In this document: positions 10,106 through 19,660 of the stretch, piece by piece
How the letters are laid out: each line of letters starts with the position of its first letter
Numbering within the stretch: the stretch's first letter is position 1
Assembly (NCBI GenBank): GCA_021735685.1
Contig: JAIPGN010000001.1
Coordinates: 202,678 to 266,677 of the forward strand
Reading direction: 5' to 3'
Length of the DNA: 64,000 nucleotides
Source: Patescibacteria group bacterium
Lineage (GTDB): Bacteria > Patescibacteriota > Patescibacteriia > UBA2591 > UBA6264
Notes under the pieces: model-generated
Database searches by the model: none
Seen by the model: only the letters and a program-made list of their open reading frames with translations
What the model was told of the DNA's origin: nothing
Made by a program: the position numbers and the translations under genes

Positions 10106-10367
10106 AATAAAAATATTCTTTAAGTCGGCGTTTTAACAATCTTTGACCTTGGCTTGTTTTTAAATATTTTTCTCTACGTATAGCATCGTTTTTATTTAAG
10201 CAAGCTTCATAATGTATCAATTCCCATGGCCGGTATGGCTTGGTGGATTTAACTAATCCTTTATTGTGTTTTTCTAATCGTTCTTTTAAATTCGTAGTAT
10301 AACCAATATAGAGTTGGTTGTTATTTTTGCTTTGGATAACATAATTATAGAAAAACATAATTTTCAA
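10092..10367 (-). CDS. GIY-YIG nuclease domain protein
   Basis: YNYVIQS...LYIGYTTNLKERLEKHN...PWELIHYE is the canonical GIY-YIG motif, in a 91-aa protein. Confidence 0.8.
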   Translation of the reverse strand: MKIMFFYNYVIQSKNNNQLYIGYTTNLKERLEKHNKGLVKSTKPYRPWELIHYEACLNKNDAIRREKYLKTSQGQRLLKRRLKEYFYYENK

Positions 10368-10383
10368 AATTTCTCTACGGGGT

Positions 10384-11535
10384 TTACAAGCATTCTTTAA
10401 GATTTTTGACTATATATTTAATTTGCTTTTGAGTGAGGTTGTTGTAAAAGGGGAGGGCAATGGTTTGTTGGGAGATTTTTTCAGTTATCGGAAAGTCTCC
10501 TTTTTTGTATTGAAATTTTTTTCGATAGAGAGGTTGAAGGTGGATGGGTTGGAAATAATTACTACAGGCAATTCCTTTAGCTCTTAGTTTTTTTAAAATT
10601 TGGTCGCGATTTTTCTTAATTTGAACCACATAAACAAACCAAGAAATTTTAGCTTGAGGATTACGATAGGGGATTTGAATCTCGGGAATGTTCTTTAATT
10701 CTTGATCATACATTTTAGCCACTTTCTCTCTCTTTTTTAATATTTCTTGGAGACGAGAGAGTTGGGTTAATCCCAGGGCAGCGTTAATATCGCTCATGCG
10801 ATAATTGTAGCCTAAATAAAAATGTTCAAGCCATTTGCCATTTTCTACCTTTCTTCCTTGATTCATTAAGGCTCGGCAATGGTCGGCTATTTTTTTATTA
10901 TTAGTTACAATCAAGCCCCCTTCGCCAGTGGTTATTTGTTTATTGGGGTAAAAAGCAAAAGTGGCTGCATCTCCAAAGCTTCCACATTTACGCCAAGGGG
11001 ATTGTTTCCGAACGGGGACTGCTCCCGATTTATACTCTGCTCCGATAGCCTCGCAAGAATCTTCAATTATTTTCAAATTATACTTCTTGGCGATTTTTGA
11101 AATTTTGTCCCAGTCAGCTGGAAAGCCAAAAACATCTACAATGACCATAGCTTTTAGTTTTTTCCTCTTTTCAGCAGGCAGATTGGTGATTGTTTTTTCT
11201 ATTTTACCAGGATCAATATTCAGCGTTAAGGGATCAATATCCACAAAAATTGGTTTAGCTTTTTCGTATAAAATGCAGTTAGCAGAGGCAATGAAAGAAA
11301 AAGGCGTAGTGATTACTCCATCGCCCTCTTTAATTCCTATTGATTTAATTAATAAATGAAGAGCAGAAGTGCCCGAATTAACTGCTATCGCATATTTGGC
11401 CCCAATATATTGGGCAAATTTTTCTTCAAATTCTTTTAGTTTGGGGCCCAAAGCTAAATTGGGCGTTTTTAAAACATCTAAAACCGCTTTTCTCTCTTTT
11501 TCTGTTATATCTGGATTTGATAAGGGAATTTTCAT
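10384..11535 (-). CDS. DegT/DnrJ/EryC1/StrS family PLP-dependent sugar aminotransferase
   Basis: NSGTSALHL and DVFG motifs are present, and SFGDAATFAFYPNKQITTGEGG contains the family's PLP-lysine region. Confidence 0.9.
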   Translation of the reverse strand: MKIPLSNPDITEKERKAVLDVLKTPNLALGPKLKEFEEKFAQYIGAKYAIAVNSGTSALHLLIKSIGIKEGDGVITTPFSFIASANCILYEKAKPIFVDIDPLTLNIDPGKIEKTITNLPAEKRKKLKAMVIVDVFGFPADWDKISKIAKKYNLKIIEDSCEAIGAEYKSGAVPVRKQSPWRKCGSFGDAATFAFYPNKQITTGEGGLIVTNNKKIADHCRALMNQGRKVENGKWLEHFYLGYNYRMSDINAALGLTQLSRLQEILKKREKVAKMYDQELKNIPEIQIPYRNPQAKISWFVYVVQIKKNRDQILKKLRAKGIACSNYFQPIHLQPLYRKKFQYKKGDFPITEKISQQTIALPFYNNLTQKQIKYIVKNLKECL

Positions 11536-11588
11536 GTAAATAATATATTAGTGATAATAATGGAGATGATTGAAATTGTGGATAAGTT

Positions 11589-11617
11589 TTGACAAAAATT
11601 TCAATTATGTTATATTA
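11589..11617 (+). promoter_or_regulatory. Sigma70-like promoter (TTGACA, 17 nt, TGtTATATT extended -10) reading into a structured element
   Basis: -35 TTGACA at 11589-11594; TG at 11609-11610 followed by TATATT. There is no plus-strand ORF downstream. Confidence 0.35.
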
Positions 11618-11620
11618 ATA

Positions 11621-11714
11621 AATGGTGCTTGGAGGGCTTTGGCCCTGTCACGGCTATCCAAGCTGTAGCCAAGCGCCATTATTAAGACGTTGCGTTTTTA
11701 CGCAACGTTTTTTG
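11621..11714 (+). ncRNA. Candidate small RNA: GGTGCTTG-stem structured element (11621-11680) followed by an intrinsic terminator (11687-11714)
   Basis: Outer stem AATGGTGCTTGG/CCAAGCGCCATT encloses two inner hairpins (AGGGC-tttg-GCCCT and GGCTA-n9-TAGCC). Then ACGTTGCG-ttttta-CGCAACGT followed by TTTTTT. It is plus-strand inside an otherwise all-minus gene block. Confidence 0.3.
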
Positions 11715-11715
11715 T

Positions 11716-12207
11716 TTAATTTATGTTTTCTTCCATACTGCTACCATGCAAAATGCGTTTACCGTTTTTTTTGTCGATTTTCCAATAAGGGATAACGCTC
11801 CAGAAATATTTTTCTCCACCAGCCACGTTTTTAATTATAATTTTCAAGCGAATATTGTCTAGAACGGCAATAAATTCATAAAATGTGACATCTTTTAAAA
11901 TTTTTTTCCATTTTCCATTTGTTTTTTGTTGTTCAAATCGTTTAGTTTGCCAGATGCCTTGTAAGGTGTGAGAATTTTTTAGAACCTGTGGAACAAAAGG
12001 CAAAAGTTTTAATCGGGGATATTGATCAATTTGTGGTCTAGCCTGTTGATCTGTCTTGAACTTTAAGTGTCTTAATCCTTTTGCATTGAAAGCGATTTTT
12101 TCTTTAAAATAAGGGCATTTAATGTTATTTATTCTTTTATAAAAATTTTCAGCATCTTTTCTTATTTGGTCAAAATCATCTTTATTTTTAAGGTTAAATT
12201 TCCCCAT
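11716..12207 (-). CDS. Hypothetical protein
   Basis: 163-aa ORF within the glycan locus with no recognisable motif. Confidence 0.4.
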   Translation of the reverse strand: MGKFNLKNKDDFDQIRKDAENFYKRINNIKCPYFKEKIAFNAKGLRHLKFKTDQQARPQIDQYPRLKLLPFVPQVLKNSHTLQGIWQTKRFEQQKTNGKWKKILKDVTFYEFIAVLDNIRLKIIIKNVAGGEKYFWSVIPYWKIDKKNGKRILHGSSMEENIN

Positions 12208-12272
12208 ATTTTCTTTTTTCTTTTTTGATTTTATGTTTTTGAATTGTCATTTTAATTTTTGATATTTACATT

Positions 12273-13211
12273 TTACATTAAATAAACAATGATCCCTACT
12301 CCTACTATTATAGCTTGAACTCCATAGCAAATCAAGACAGTTTTTTTAGTAGATAATCCCTTTAAGTGTAAACGGTCATATAAATGTCCGCGGTCGCCGG
12401 ATAAAGGTGATTTTCCTTGACTCAATCTTCTAATAATAGCCCAGGTAGCGTCAATAATAGGCCAGCCAATAATCAAAATGGGGCCGATAAACTGGCGGAA
12501 GCTATAGACAGGATGACCTGAGAACATAATAGCTAAAAGCGCTAAAGAAAATCCTAAGAAATGACTACCATTGTCTCCCATAAATATAGAAGCTGGATTC
12601 CAGTTATAAAATAAAAAGCCCAGAATTCCGCCTAGAATTCCTAAACCAATGGTTAAGGCGAATAAATTATTGCCTTGAAAAGATAAAAGAATGAAGCCTA
12701 ATAGAGAAATAGCACTTAGTCCGCCAGCTAGACCATCCATACCGTCTTGCATATTTAAAGCATTCATGGCGCCGACAATATAAAAGCCAGCTATTATTGC
12801 TCCAATCCAAGGATTAATAGAAAAACCAAAATTAACCCCAATCTTAATTAAGATGAGGATAATGGCCACTCCAGCTAAAAATTGGCAAAAAAGCTTGAGA
12901 AGGGGATTGCCAAATTTTTTCCATTTTAAGTCATCCCAAAATCCTAGAAAAAGAATAATAATGCTACCAACTAAGAGCCCGAGAGCTTGCAGGCCGGAAA
13001 CTTGATGAAAAACACGAGAAATTCCTAGCCCGGCGCTTAAGCCAATAAAAATACCAATTCCCCCTAGATAAGGAATTGGTTTTTTGTGTATTTTTAAAAC
13101 ATCCCCCTTGGGGTCATCATAAAGGTGGAGTTTGATTGCTAGTTTTTTGAGAAGGGGAATGGCGACAAGAGAAAAAACAAAAGCGATTAAAAAAGATAAT
13201 AATAAATTCAT
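12273..13211 (-). CDS. Polyprenyl-phosphate sugar-1-phosphate transferase (GT4 family; WecA/MraY-like)
   Basis: Multi-TM protein with FWDDL and the NALNMQDGMDGLAGG motif. Confidence 0.85.
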   Translation of the reverse strand: MNLLLSFLIAFVFSLVAIPLLKKLAIKLHLYDDPKGDVLKIHKKPIPYLGGIGIFIGLSAGLGISRVFHQVSGLQALGLLVGSIIILFLGFWDDLKWKKFGNPLLKLFCQFLAGVAIILILIKIGVNFGFSINPWIGAIIAGFYIVGAMNALNMQDGMDGLAGGLSAISLLGFILLSFQGNNLFALTIGLGILGGILGFLFYNWNPASIFMGDNGSHFLGFSLALLAIMFSGHPVYSFRQFIGPILIIGWPIIDATWAIIRRLSQGKSPLSGDRGHLYDRLHLKGLSTKKTVLICYGVQAIIVGVGIIVYLM

Positions 13212-13215
13212 TTTT

Positions 13216-14049
13216 TTATTTTATATTTTTTTGATAATACTTATAATCTTTCTCTAGGTCAATAAATTCAGCATGAATGGGGTATTTCTTTTTAATTTTT
13301 TCTCCTGGCATCTTCATAAAATCATTCCCATATCTTAGTTTCAAGTATTGTTTCACTTTATTGGGAACAGGAAGAAAGGTGTCGGCAAATTTTATAAATT
13401 TAGGTTTTCCTAGATAATTTTTGGGGAAGGAGGTATGTTTAAATTCTGCTTTTCCGAAAAAATGTCCTACATATTTAGTTTTTTTCTTATTTAGGCTCCT
13501 TACAAATTTAATCAATATTTTTTTTATAGGTTTTTTTATAATTTTCTTTGCTATATGTATTGCTATTTTTTTCTTTTTATTGTTTGTTTTGTATCCTCGT
13601 TCTGCTAATGTTTGGGCAGTAAGTATTCTAGCACAAAGATATTGAAGATAGCGATAAATGTAATTACTAGAAACATTGTTTAGGCACATAATATCAACAT
13701 ATATTCCTTTATGCATTTTTCTGTTTTCGACCCCTTTCTCGATAAATGTTGTGTTGTTCATTCGTATTTTAGTAAAAAACATTGGCCACTCTTCGGTATT
13801 TTCTTCTTGTAGGTGAAAATTTTTAGTATCTAAGTTTACTTTACATGCCTTAATAAATTTTTTGTAGTTTTTGTAAGTCATAAAGACATCAAAATCGTCG
13901 TCCCATGGGATAAATCCTTGATGGCGCATGGCTCCAAGAGCTGATCCTCCCATAAGATAATAAGTTATTTCGTTTTCTTTGCAGAATTTATCTAAATATT
14001 TTGCTATTTCGAGTATTTTAGATTGCAGGTCTTTAATATTTTTTGTCAT
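13216..14049 (-). CDS. LicD family phosphotransferase (phosphocholine/phospho-alcohol transferase)
   Basis: YYLMGGSALGAMRHQGFIPWDDDFDVFM is the LicD/fukutin nucleotidyltransferase-fold motif. Confidence 0.75.
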   Translation of the reverse strand: MTKNIKDLQSKILEIAKYLDKFCKENEITYYLMGGSALGAMRHQGFIPWDDDFDVFMTYKNYKKFIKACKVNLDTKNFHLQEENTEEWPMFFTKIRMNNTTFIEKGVENRKMHKGIYVDIMCLNNVSSNYIYRYLQYLCARILTAQTLAERGYKTNNKKKKIAIHIAKKIIKKPIKKILIKFVRSLNKKKTKYVGHFFGKAEFKHTSFPKNYLGKPKFIKFADTFLPVPNKVKQYLKLRYGNDFMKMPGEKIKKKYPIHAEFIDLEKDYKYYQKNIK

Positions 14050-14056
14050 ATAATTT

Positions 14057-14923
14057 TCAAATTTTTTTAGCTAAATAATAGAAGTTGCTTAAAATTTTTT
14101 TTATAAATTTATTTTTAGCAAAAAAGTTGGTTGTTTTTTTAAGGATTTTAAATATTAAGATTTTAATTTTTGTCTTTAAGTAACATTTATTCCATCTATG
14201 TGGGTGCGTGCTTATTATTAAAGATTTATTTTTCTTGATTAAGTCTAAAAAAGTTTTTTTATTTAATTTTATATTTTGGTTTTTTATTTTTTTCTTGTCG
14301 TCATTTTTTATGTCTTTGACTATTTGCCATTTATAGCCAGTATCAGAAATGTATATATAATTATCTTTATCGTAAATATTTATTACAATGTCTTTTATTT
14401 TTTTGAATTTTTTTTGAATTTTTTTATTTTTAAAAAAATCTTTATTTGATGACCAATTTTTTCTTTTCAAGACAGGATTACCATGTGGGCAAATTGTTTT
14501 TATGGCAAAACCTAATTTTTTAAATTTTTTAATATTTTTAGAGAACTCTAATAATGATTTTTCCCAATTCCCTTTGTTTGAGTCAAGAACGTCATAATGA
14601 TAAGCAATTTCATGTCCCAACTTTTTTATTTTTTCAAGAATCTCAATATTTTTTTTATTGCTCAAGAGATAAGCTTGAATATAAAAAGTGGATGGCAGGT
14701 TGTATCTATGCTCAATTTTGGCTATATCTAAAGCTTTTTTTAAATTTGTCTCAACATCATGTTTTAATATAATATGCTTAGGCCCTCTTTCGTCACAAGC
14801 ATCTCTTGCTTTAATAAAAGGAATATTAGCCCTTGTTTTCAATAATGAACATAGTTGATCCCATTTTTTATGAGTAAACATTAAGTTAATTTTAAAAAAA
14901 ATTTTCTTCTGTAATCTTGTCAA
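14057..14923 (-). CDS. Hypothetical Lys-rich protein (possible carbohydrate esterase/deacetylase-like)
   Basis: ILKHDVE...HEIAYHYD is faintly NodB/CE4-like. The call is weak. Confidence 0.3.
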   Translation of the reverse strand: MTRLQKKIFFKINLMFTHKKWDQLCSLLKTRANIPFIKARDACDERGPKHIILKHDVETNLKKALDIAKIEHRYNLPSTFYIQAYLLSNKKNIEILEKIKKLGHEIAYHYDVLDSNKGNWEKSLLEFSKNIKKFKKLGFAIKTICPHGNPVLKRKNWSSNKDFFKNKKIQKKFKKIKDIVINIYDKDNYIYISDTGYKWQIVKDIKNDDKKKIKNQNIKLNKKTFLDLIKKNKSLIISTHPHRWNKCYLKTKIKILIFKILKKTTNFFAKNKFIKKILSNFYYLAKKI

Positions 14924-15335
14924 TTATTCCTCGTAATTTAGTTGAAGAGATGTTTTTTGTATAAGGAAAATACTCGACTTTTGTTCCGTATTTATTTAAG
15001 GTTTTTTCTACTTGATTGAACAATTTGCTTCCTTTCCAGTCGTCACCAACGAACATTACATCGAAACTTATTTTTTTAAAAGCTTGAATTTTATCACGAT
15101 TTTCTTGAGGCACAACCTTATCAACATATTTTATGGATTTAATTATAGCAACACGTTCTTTAAATGGTATTATTGGCTTTTTGTTTTTATAGCTTAAAAC
15201 TAATTCGTCCGTGCTTACTCCGACTATGAGATAATCGCACATTTTCTTTGCCTTTTTTAAAATATTTAAATGCCCTATGTGAAACATGTCAAACACTCCT
15301 GTAGTGTAGCCAATTTTATATATTTTTTTCGTCAT
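14892..15335 (-). CDS. Cytidylyltransferase (TagD / CTP:phosphocholine cytidylyltransferase fold)
   Basis: GYTTGVFDMFHIGHLNILKKAK contains the HxGH motif. Size 147 aa is typical of glycerol-3-P or phosphocholine cytidylyltransferases. Confidence 0.8.
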   Translation of the reverse strand: MTKKIYKIGYTTGVFDMFHIGHLNILKKAKKMCDYLIVGVSTDELVLSYKNKKPIIPFKERVAIIKSIKYVDKVVPQENRDKIQAFKKISFDVMFVGDDWKGSKLFNQVEKTLNKYGTKVEYFPYTKNISSTKLRGIIDKITEENFF

Positions 15336-15403
15336 ATTTATTAATGCATTAAATTAACAAGTTTGTGTGTTTGTTGTTTTAATTTTTAACCTTTGCGATA
15401 AGT

Positions 15404-16264
15404 TTAAGTTTTCCTAAATAGTTTTCGAAAGATATATTTACGTATATTGTTTGGCAAAAGGATTTGCACGGCGAAACGAGATAAAGCATTAAATAGATAC
15501 TGAAAAGGGTTGATTATTTTATTTTTTAGCATATATTTTTGTAATTTGATTTCGCTTTTGAAGTATTTCCACCCCCCACGCCTTTTGTAGGTTTCTTTAT
15601 CTATTCTTACGTAAACTAAATTGTCAGGCAAATTTTTAAAGTTACAACCGATTTCATGCATTCTGACCCAAAGATAGTAGTCTTCTTCACAATACCAATC
15701 TATATATCCACCAGCTTTCAACGTAGATGATTTTCGCATCATTACAGTTACTTGGTTAAAGGGACATCTTTTTTTTAAATATTTTTTTATTCTAGAATCA
15801 TTTAGCGGAACACATCTTATTCCTATAATATTTTTAATTGAATTGATAAATTCATAAATTTGACCTCCAACTACATCAAGATTTTTATTGTTCTGAAAAC
15901 AAGCAAGTTGTTTTTCAAAACGATCGGAAACGGAAATATCATCGCTATCCATTAAGGCGACCAACTCGTGGTCAGCTGCTTTAATACCTATTTGGCGGGC
16001 GATAGCATGTCCTTTATTTTGGGAAAGTCGAATGAATTTGAAGTTTTTGAGAGAATTTTTGAATTTATCTATAACTTTATTAATATCTTCAGGCACTGGG
16101 CCATCGACCACCAAGATAATTTCAGATGGTTTTATTGTTTGATTAACAATACTTTCAATTGCTTTACGGAAATGTTCAGCATCATCTTTTTTGTAAACGG
16201 AAATGCAAACAGAAAATTTTGTAATCTTATTCTTTTTTATTTTAAAGCTTGATGATTTATTCAT
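15404..16264 (-). CDS. Glycosyltransferase family 2
   Basis: FSVCISVYKKDD...EIILVVDGP...DSDD has GT2 DxD-type motifs. Confidence 0.85.
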   Translation of the reverse strand: MNKSSSFKIKKNKITKFSVCISVYKKDDAEHFRKAIESIVNQTIKPSEIILVVDGPVPEDINKVIDKFKNSLKNFKFIRLSQNKGHAIARQIGIKAADHELVALMDSDDISVSDRFEKQLACFQNNKNLDVVGGQIYEFINSIKNIIGIRCVPLNDSRIKKYLKKRCPFNQVTVMMRKSSTLKAGGYIDWYCEEDYYLWVRMHEIGCNFKNLPDNLVYVRIDKETYKRRGGWKYFKSEIKLQKYMLKNKIINPFQYLFNALSRFAVQILLPNNIRKYIFRKLFRKT

Positions 16265-17405
16265 TGTTAGGAGTGAAAATTCTTTTTATAAATTTATCAA
16301 TAGTATATTTTTGAACTTTTTTAAAAGCATTTATTTTTGTTTTTTTATAAATTTTTTTATTTTGTATTAATTGATCTATTTTTTCAAAAAAACTATCATC
16401 GTTGTTAAATTTTGCAAAAATAATTTCTTTTTTGTCTTCGAAAATTACAGGCAAAGAACCGACTGGCGTACTTACTACTGGCAATCCATTGGCCATGGCT
16501 TCAAGAATTACCCTCGGAGAACCTTCAGAAAGACTAGCAAATAAAAAAATATCATGAGCCCGGTATAATTTGTTTAATTTTTTTCTGCTATCAATATGAC
16601 CCAAGAAGTCTACTTGAGAATCTAATTCTTTCTTTGTGACAATTGATTTCAATTCTTTTTCAAATTCTCCTTCTCCGGCTATTGTCAATTTTGCATTGGA
16701 GTATTTTTTGATTATTTTAGAAAAGGCAGAAATAATAATTTCGACACCTTTTGCCGTTCTAAGACCTCCAACATATAATAATTTAGGTGATTTTGTTATT
16801 TCTTTTTTTATATTAAAACAAAAATCTTTTTTAATCAAAGTAGATGATATAAGTGGAGTAATATTCATTTGGTATTTTTTTAATTTATCGGCTATATGAT
16901 AGCCGTTAGAAAAAACTGTTGCCCCTTTACAGGCCCATATATAGGCCCTGAATTCGAATCTGAAGAAGAATAATAAAAGATTTTTTTTAAGACTATTAAA
17001 ATTGGGGTTATTTTTGATAACATCAATAGGGTCACCTACAAAATGAATAATCCTTTTTTTGTTAGCGAAAAATATTTTAGATAGCCATCCGAAAGGATTA
17101 GGGAATCTAACATAATAAATATCGTATTTTTTTGATAAAACGCTAAAAGCTTTTATATAATAGAGAACTTTTTTTATGGCATTTAGGTAATTTTTATTAA
17201 AAGGCAAATCATAAATAACAATACCTTTGATGTTTTTTAGAGAACGATATTCTGTGTTCAATGTTTTTTTGACGGGAGAAAGTAAACAAATTTCTTCGTA
17301 ATATTTTGATATCTCTTTTAAATATACCAACTGTGTATATGGTATATAATATTCTGATTTAATTTTATGCAGAAGCCATCCTTGTATAACAATTTTTTTA
17401 TTCAT
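16257..17405 (-). CDS. Glycosyltransferase family 4 (GT-B)
   Basis: C-terminal EGSPRVILEAMANGLPVVST is the GT4 signature. Confidence 0.85.
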   Translation of the reverse strand: MNKKIVIQGWLLHKIKSEYYIPYTQLVYLKEISKYYEEICLLSPVKKTLNTEYRSLKNIKGIVIYDLPFNKNYLNAIKKVLYYIKAFSVLSKKYDIYYVRFPNPFGWLSKIFFANKKRIIHFVGDPIDVIKNNPNFNSLKKNLLLFFFRFEFRAYIWACKGATVFSNGYHIADKLKKYQMNITPLISSTLIKKDFCFNIKKEITKSPKLLYVGGLRTAKGVEIIISAFSKIIKKYSNAKLTIAGEGEFEKELKSIVTKKELDSQVDFLGHIDSRKKLNKLYRAHDIFLFASLSEGSPRVILEAMANGLPVVSTPVGSLPVIFEDKKEIIFAKFNNDDSFFEKIDQLIQNKKIYKKTKINAFKKVQKYTIDKFIKRIFTPNNE

Positions 17406-18645
17406 TTTTTTTGTTTTCTATATTAGATAATTTAATACTTAACCCTAGCACGAGAGCGGTGGTGGGCATAAATAGAACTTCGTGAGAGGTAAGGCCACGA
17501 ACCAGGATCATAACGACGGACAAGAGAAAAATCGATGCATATTTATCCTCTTCAATCTCTTTTTTTGCGAGGCGATACTTGTTAAGAGAATTAATAATAA
17601 GAGTTATCATCAAAATAATAACTATAAAACCACTTAAACCTAACTCTGATAATAAAGTTAAATAAATACAATGGGTGTCAAGAAGATCAAATCTTTTTTC
17701 TATTTGCGGGTTATTATTTTTATAATTAACATATCGACCTGAGCTTATTCCTAATAATGGTTTTTTTTGAAATATTATTATTGTTTTTTTAATTTGCGTC
17801 GACCTTCCAGATAAACTTCCGTCATTCATGAGTTCATCTTTTACAAAAATACCGCTGATTCGTTCTTTTATTTTATTAATTGTTGAGGGATTTGAATTTA
17901 TGCCATAAGATAGGCACGCAACCAGTAATATAAGCGTAAAGATTATATGTTTTTTATTTTTAGATAATAAAAAAATGCAAACAATGGATGTAGCCATTAT
18001 TAACCACGCAAATCTGCTCACGGTTAATATTTGAGCCGAGGATATAATTATAAAAATAATAACCCAAAATATTTTTTGTTTTTTTCTCTTTGCAAAAATA
18101 AATAAAAAGGCAAGAGCAAAAGGATAAACGCCGACAGTCCAATTGCTTAGAGAATTTTTGGTGGCGAATGAAAATGGATTCACGTAAAATTTTATTGCTC
18201 CGCAAAAGTATTTAACAAGACCATATAGGCAAATAATACTTACGGCTATAGTTGTGGCCTTTATCACAACAATTACATCTTGTCGGTTTTTGAGCGTAGC
18301 AGCTATAAGAAGGGTTGTGCAAAAAAAGCTTGACCATTTTATTAAAGCATTCATATTAAATGTTCCGTTGGCCAAAAAAGAAGAGAGTATGATAGTTAAA
18401 AAAACGCAAAAAATTAATAAGTATTTTTTTAACCCCTTAAAAGATAGTAGATTGAATGGCAGAGATAGGAGAAATATTATAGGCATTAATAAAAATGCCG
18501 GGTGCACCGACGTGTCTAAGATATTTATTCTTAGTTTCTGCCATAAGGAAAATATCAAGAGTAAAGAAAATAAACACCAAAGCTTCCCCATTAGTGTCAA
18601 AGGTTCCTTTTTTTGCTTGCTACTGTTATAAGTTAAATGATTCAT
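17398..18645 (-). CDS. O-antigen ligase/polymerase-like membrane protein (Wzy_C family)
   Basis: About 10 TM segments and LTVSRFAWL (Wzy_C SRgawl motif). Confidence 0.55.
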   Translation of the reverse strand: MNHLTYNSSKQKKEPLTLMGKLWCLFSLLLIFSLWQKLRINILDTSVHPAFLLMPIIFLLSLPFNLLSFKGLKKYLLIFCVFLTIILSSFLANGTFNMNALIKWSSFFCTTLLIAATLKNRQDVIVVIKATTIAVSIICLYGLVKYFCGAIKFYVNPFSFATKNSLSNWTVGVYPFALAFLFIFAKRKKQKIFWVIIFIIISSAQILTVSRFAWLIMATSIVCIFLLSKNKKHIIFTLILLVACLSYGINSNPSTINKIKERISGIFVKDELMNDGSLSGRSTQIKKTIIIFQKKPLLGISSGRYVNYKNNNPQIEKRFDLLDTHCIYLTLLSELGLSGFIVIILMITLIINSLNKYRLAKKEIEEDKYASIFLLSVVMILVRGLTSHEVLFMPTTALVLGLSIKLSNIENKKNE

Positions 18646-19660
18646 TGATAAATTTTAAAAGTGAACGGGCCATTTCTTCTTCGACTGTTAGGCTTTTTTT
18701 AATTTTGATCCAATTATTATTGTTTTTTGTATAGAAAAAGTCGGCATATAAGATAGTGTATATGCCAAAATATAATGCTTGAAATTCTATGAGATAACAT
18801 TTGTCTTTTTTTATTGCGACATCTAAGGACAAGTAAGGAGATTTTATCGTTTCGTTTATTTTGTGACAGAAATTTAGAAGGTTTTCTGGTGGAGTTTCAT
18901 AGGTAAATTTATAGCTACCGCTGGCCCTGAAGTCATTTTTTTTTACTCCTCGTTTTAGTGCATAGTAATGGTTACTATAAATAAGAATTTTCCAATCATT
19001 TTGAAGTCCAGGAACATATTCTTGTATTACGAATTTATTGGTGTTATTTCTGTAAATTCTCTCCTTATCTCTTATTCCCATCAAGTAAGCCAGCACTGCT
19101 CTTGCAGAGAAGAATGTCTTTTTAAATAATGAATCAAAAATAGAGGATATTTGTTTAGATTTTTTCTTTGCTTGTTTGTGGTTTTCAAGAAGGCAAACTT
19201 TTTTACTTCCGGAACCATCAGGGATTTTGAGCACCAAGGGAAATTTAAATTTTAGAATATTTTCCGAAAATTCTTTAAAGGAGCCGAAGGATTTGCCTTG
19301 TAGGTTGCCAAAATTTAGAATTTTTTTATAGATTTCTTGGAAACATTTATTGTGATGGGCTCTGAATAAATAGAAATTAGGGACCAGAACGCCGCCTTGT
19401 TTTTTTATTCCCAGAAGAATATCTTCTATATAATCTTTGTATTTACCTACCTCGCAGCTTGAATAGAGTACTATTTTATTATTGAAGTTGATTTTTTGAA
19501 AATTTATTTCAGAAAATTTAAGTATTTCGATTTCAATTCCGCTTTCCTTTAAGAGGTGAGCGAATTTATCTAGACTAAATTCATGTTTGTCCCATTCGGA
19601 GTAAAAGCGATTATCATAATCTAATAGAATATAAATTTTTTTTGTTACTTTGTTATCCAT
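18626..19660 (-). CDS. ATP-grasp domain protein
   Basis: PLVLKIPDGSGSKKV...FVIQEYVP...LSLDVAIKKDKCYLIEFQ shows ATP-grasp-like segment order. Confidence 0.45.
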   Translation of the reverse strand: MDNKVTKKIYILLDYDNRFYSEWDKHEFSLDKFAHLLKESGIEIEILKFSEINFQKINFNNKIVLYSSCEVGKYKDYIEDILLGIKKQGGVLVPNFYLFRAHHNKCFQEIYKKILNFGNLQGKSFGSFKEFSENILKFKFPLVLKIPDGSGSKKVCLLENHKQAKKKSKQISSIFDSLFKKTFFSARAVLAYLMGIRDKERIYRNNTNKFVIQEYVPGLQNDWKILIYSNHYYALKRGVKKNDFRASGSYKFTYETPPENLLNFCHKINETIKSPYLSLDVAIKKDKCYLIEFQALYFGIYTILYADFFYTKNNNNWIKIKKSLTVEEEMARSLLKFINESFNL

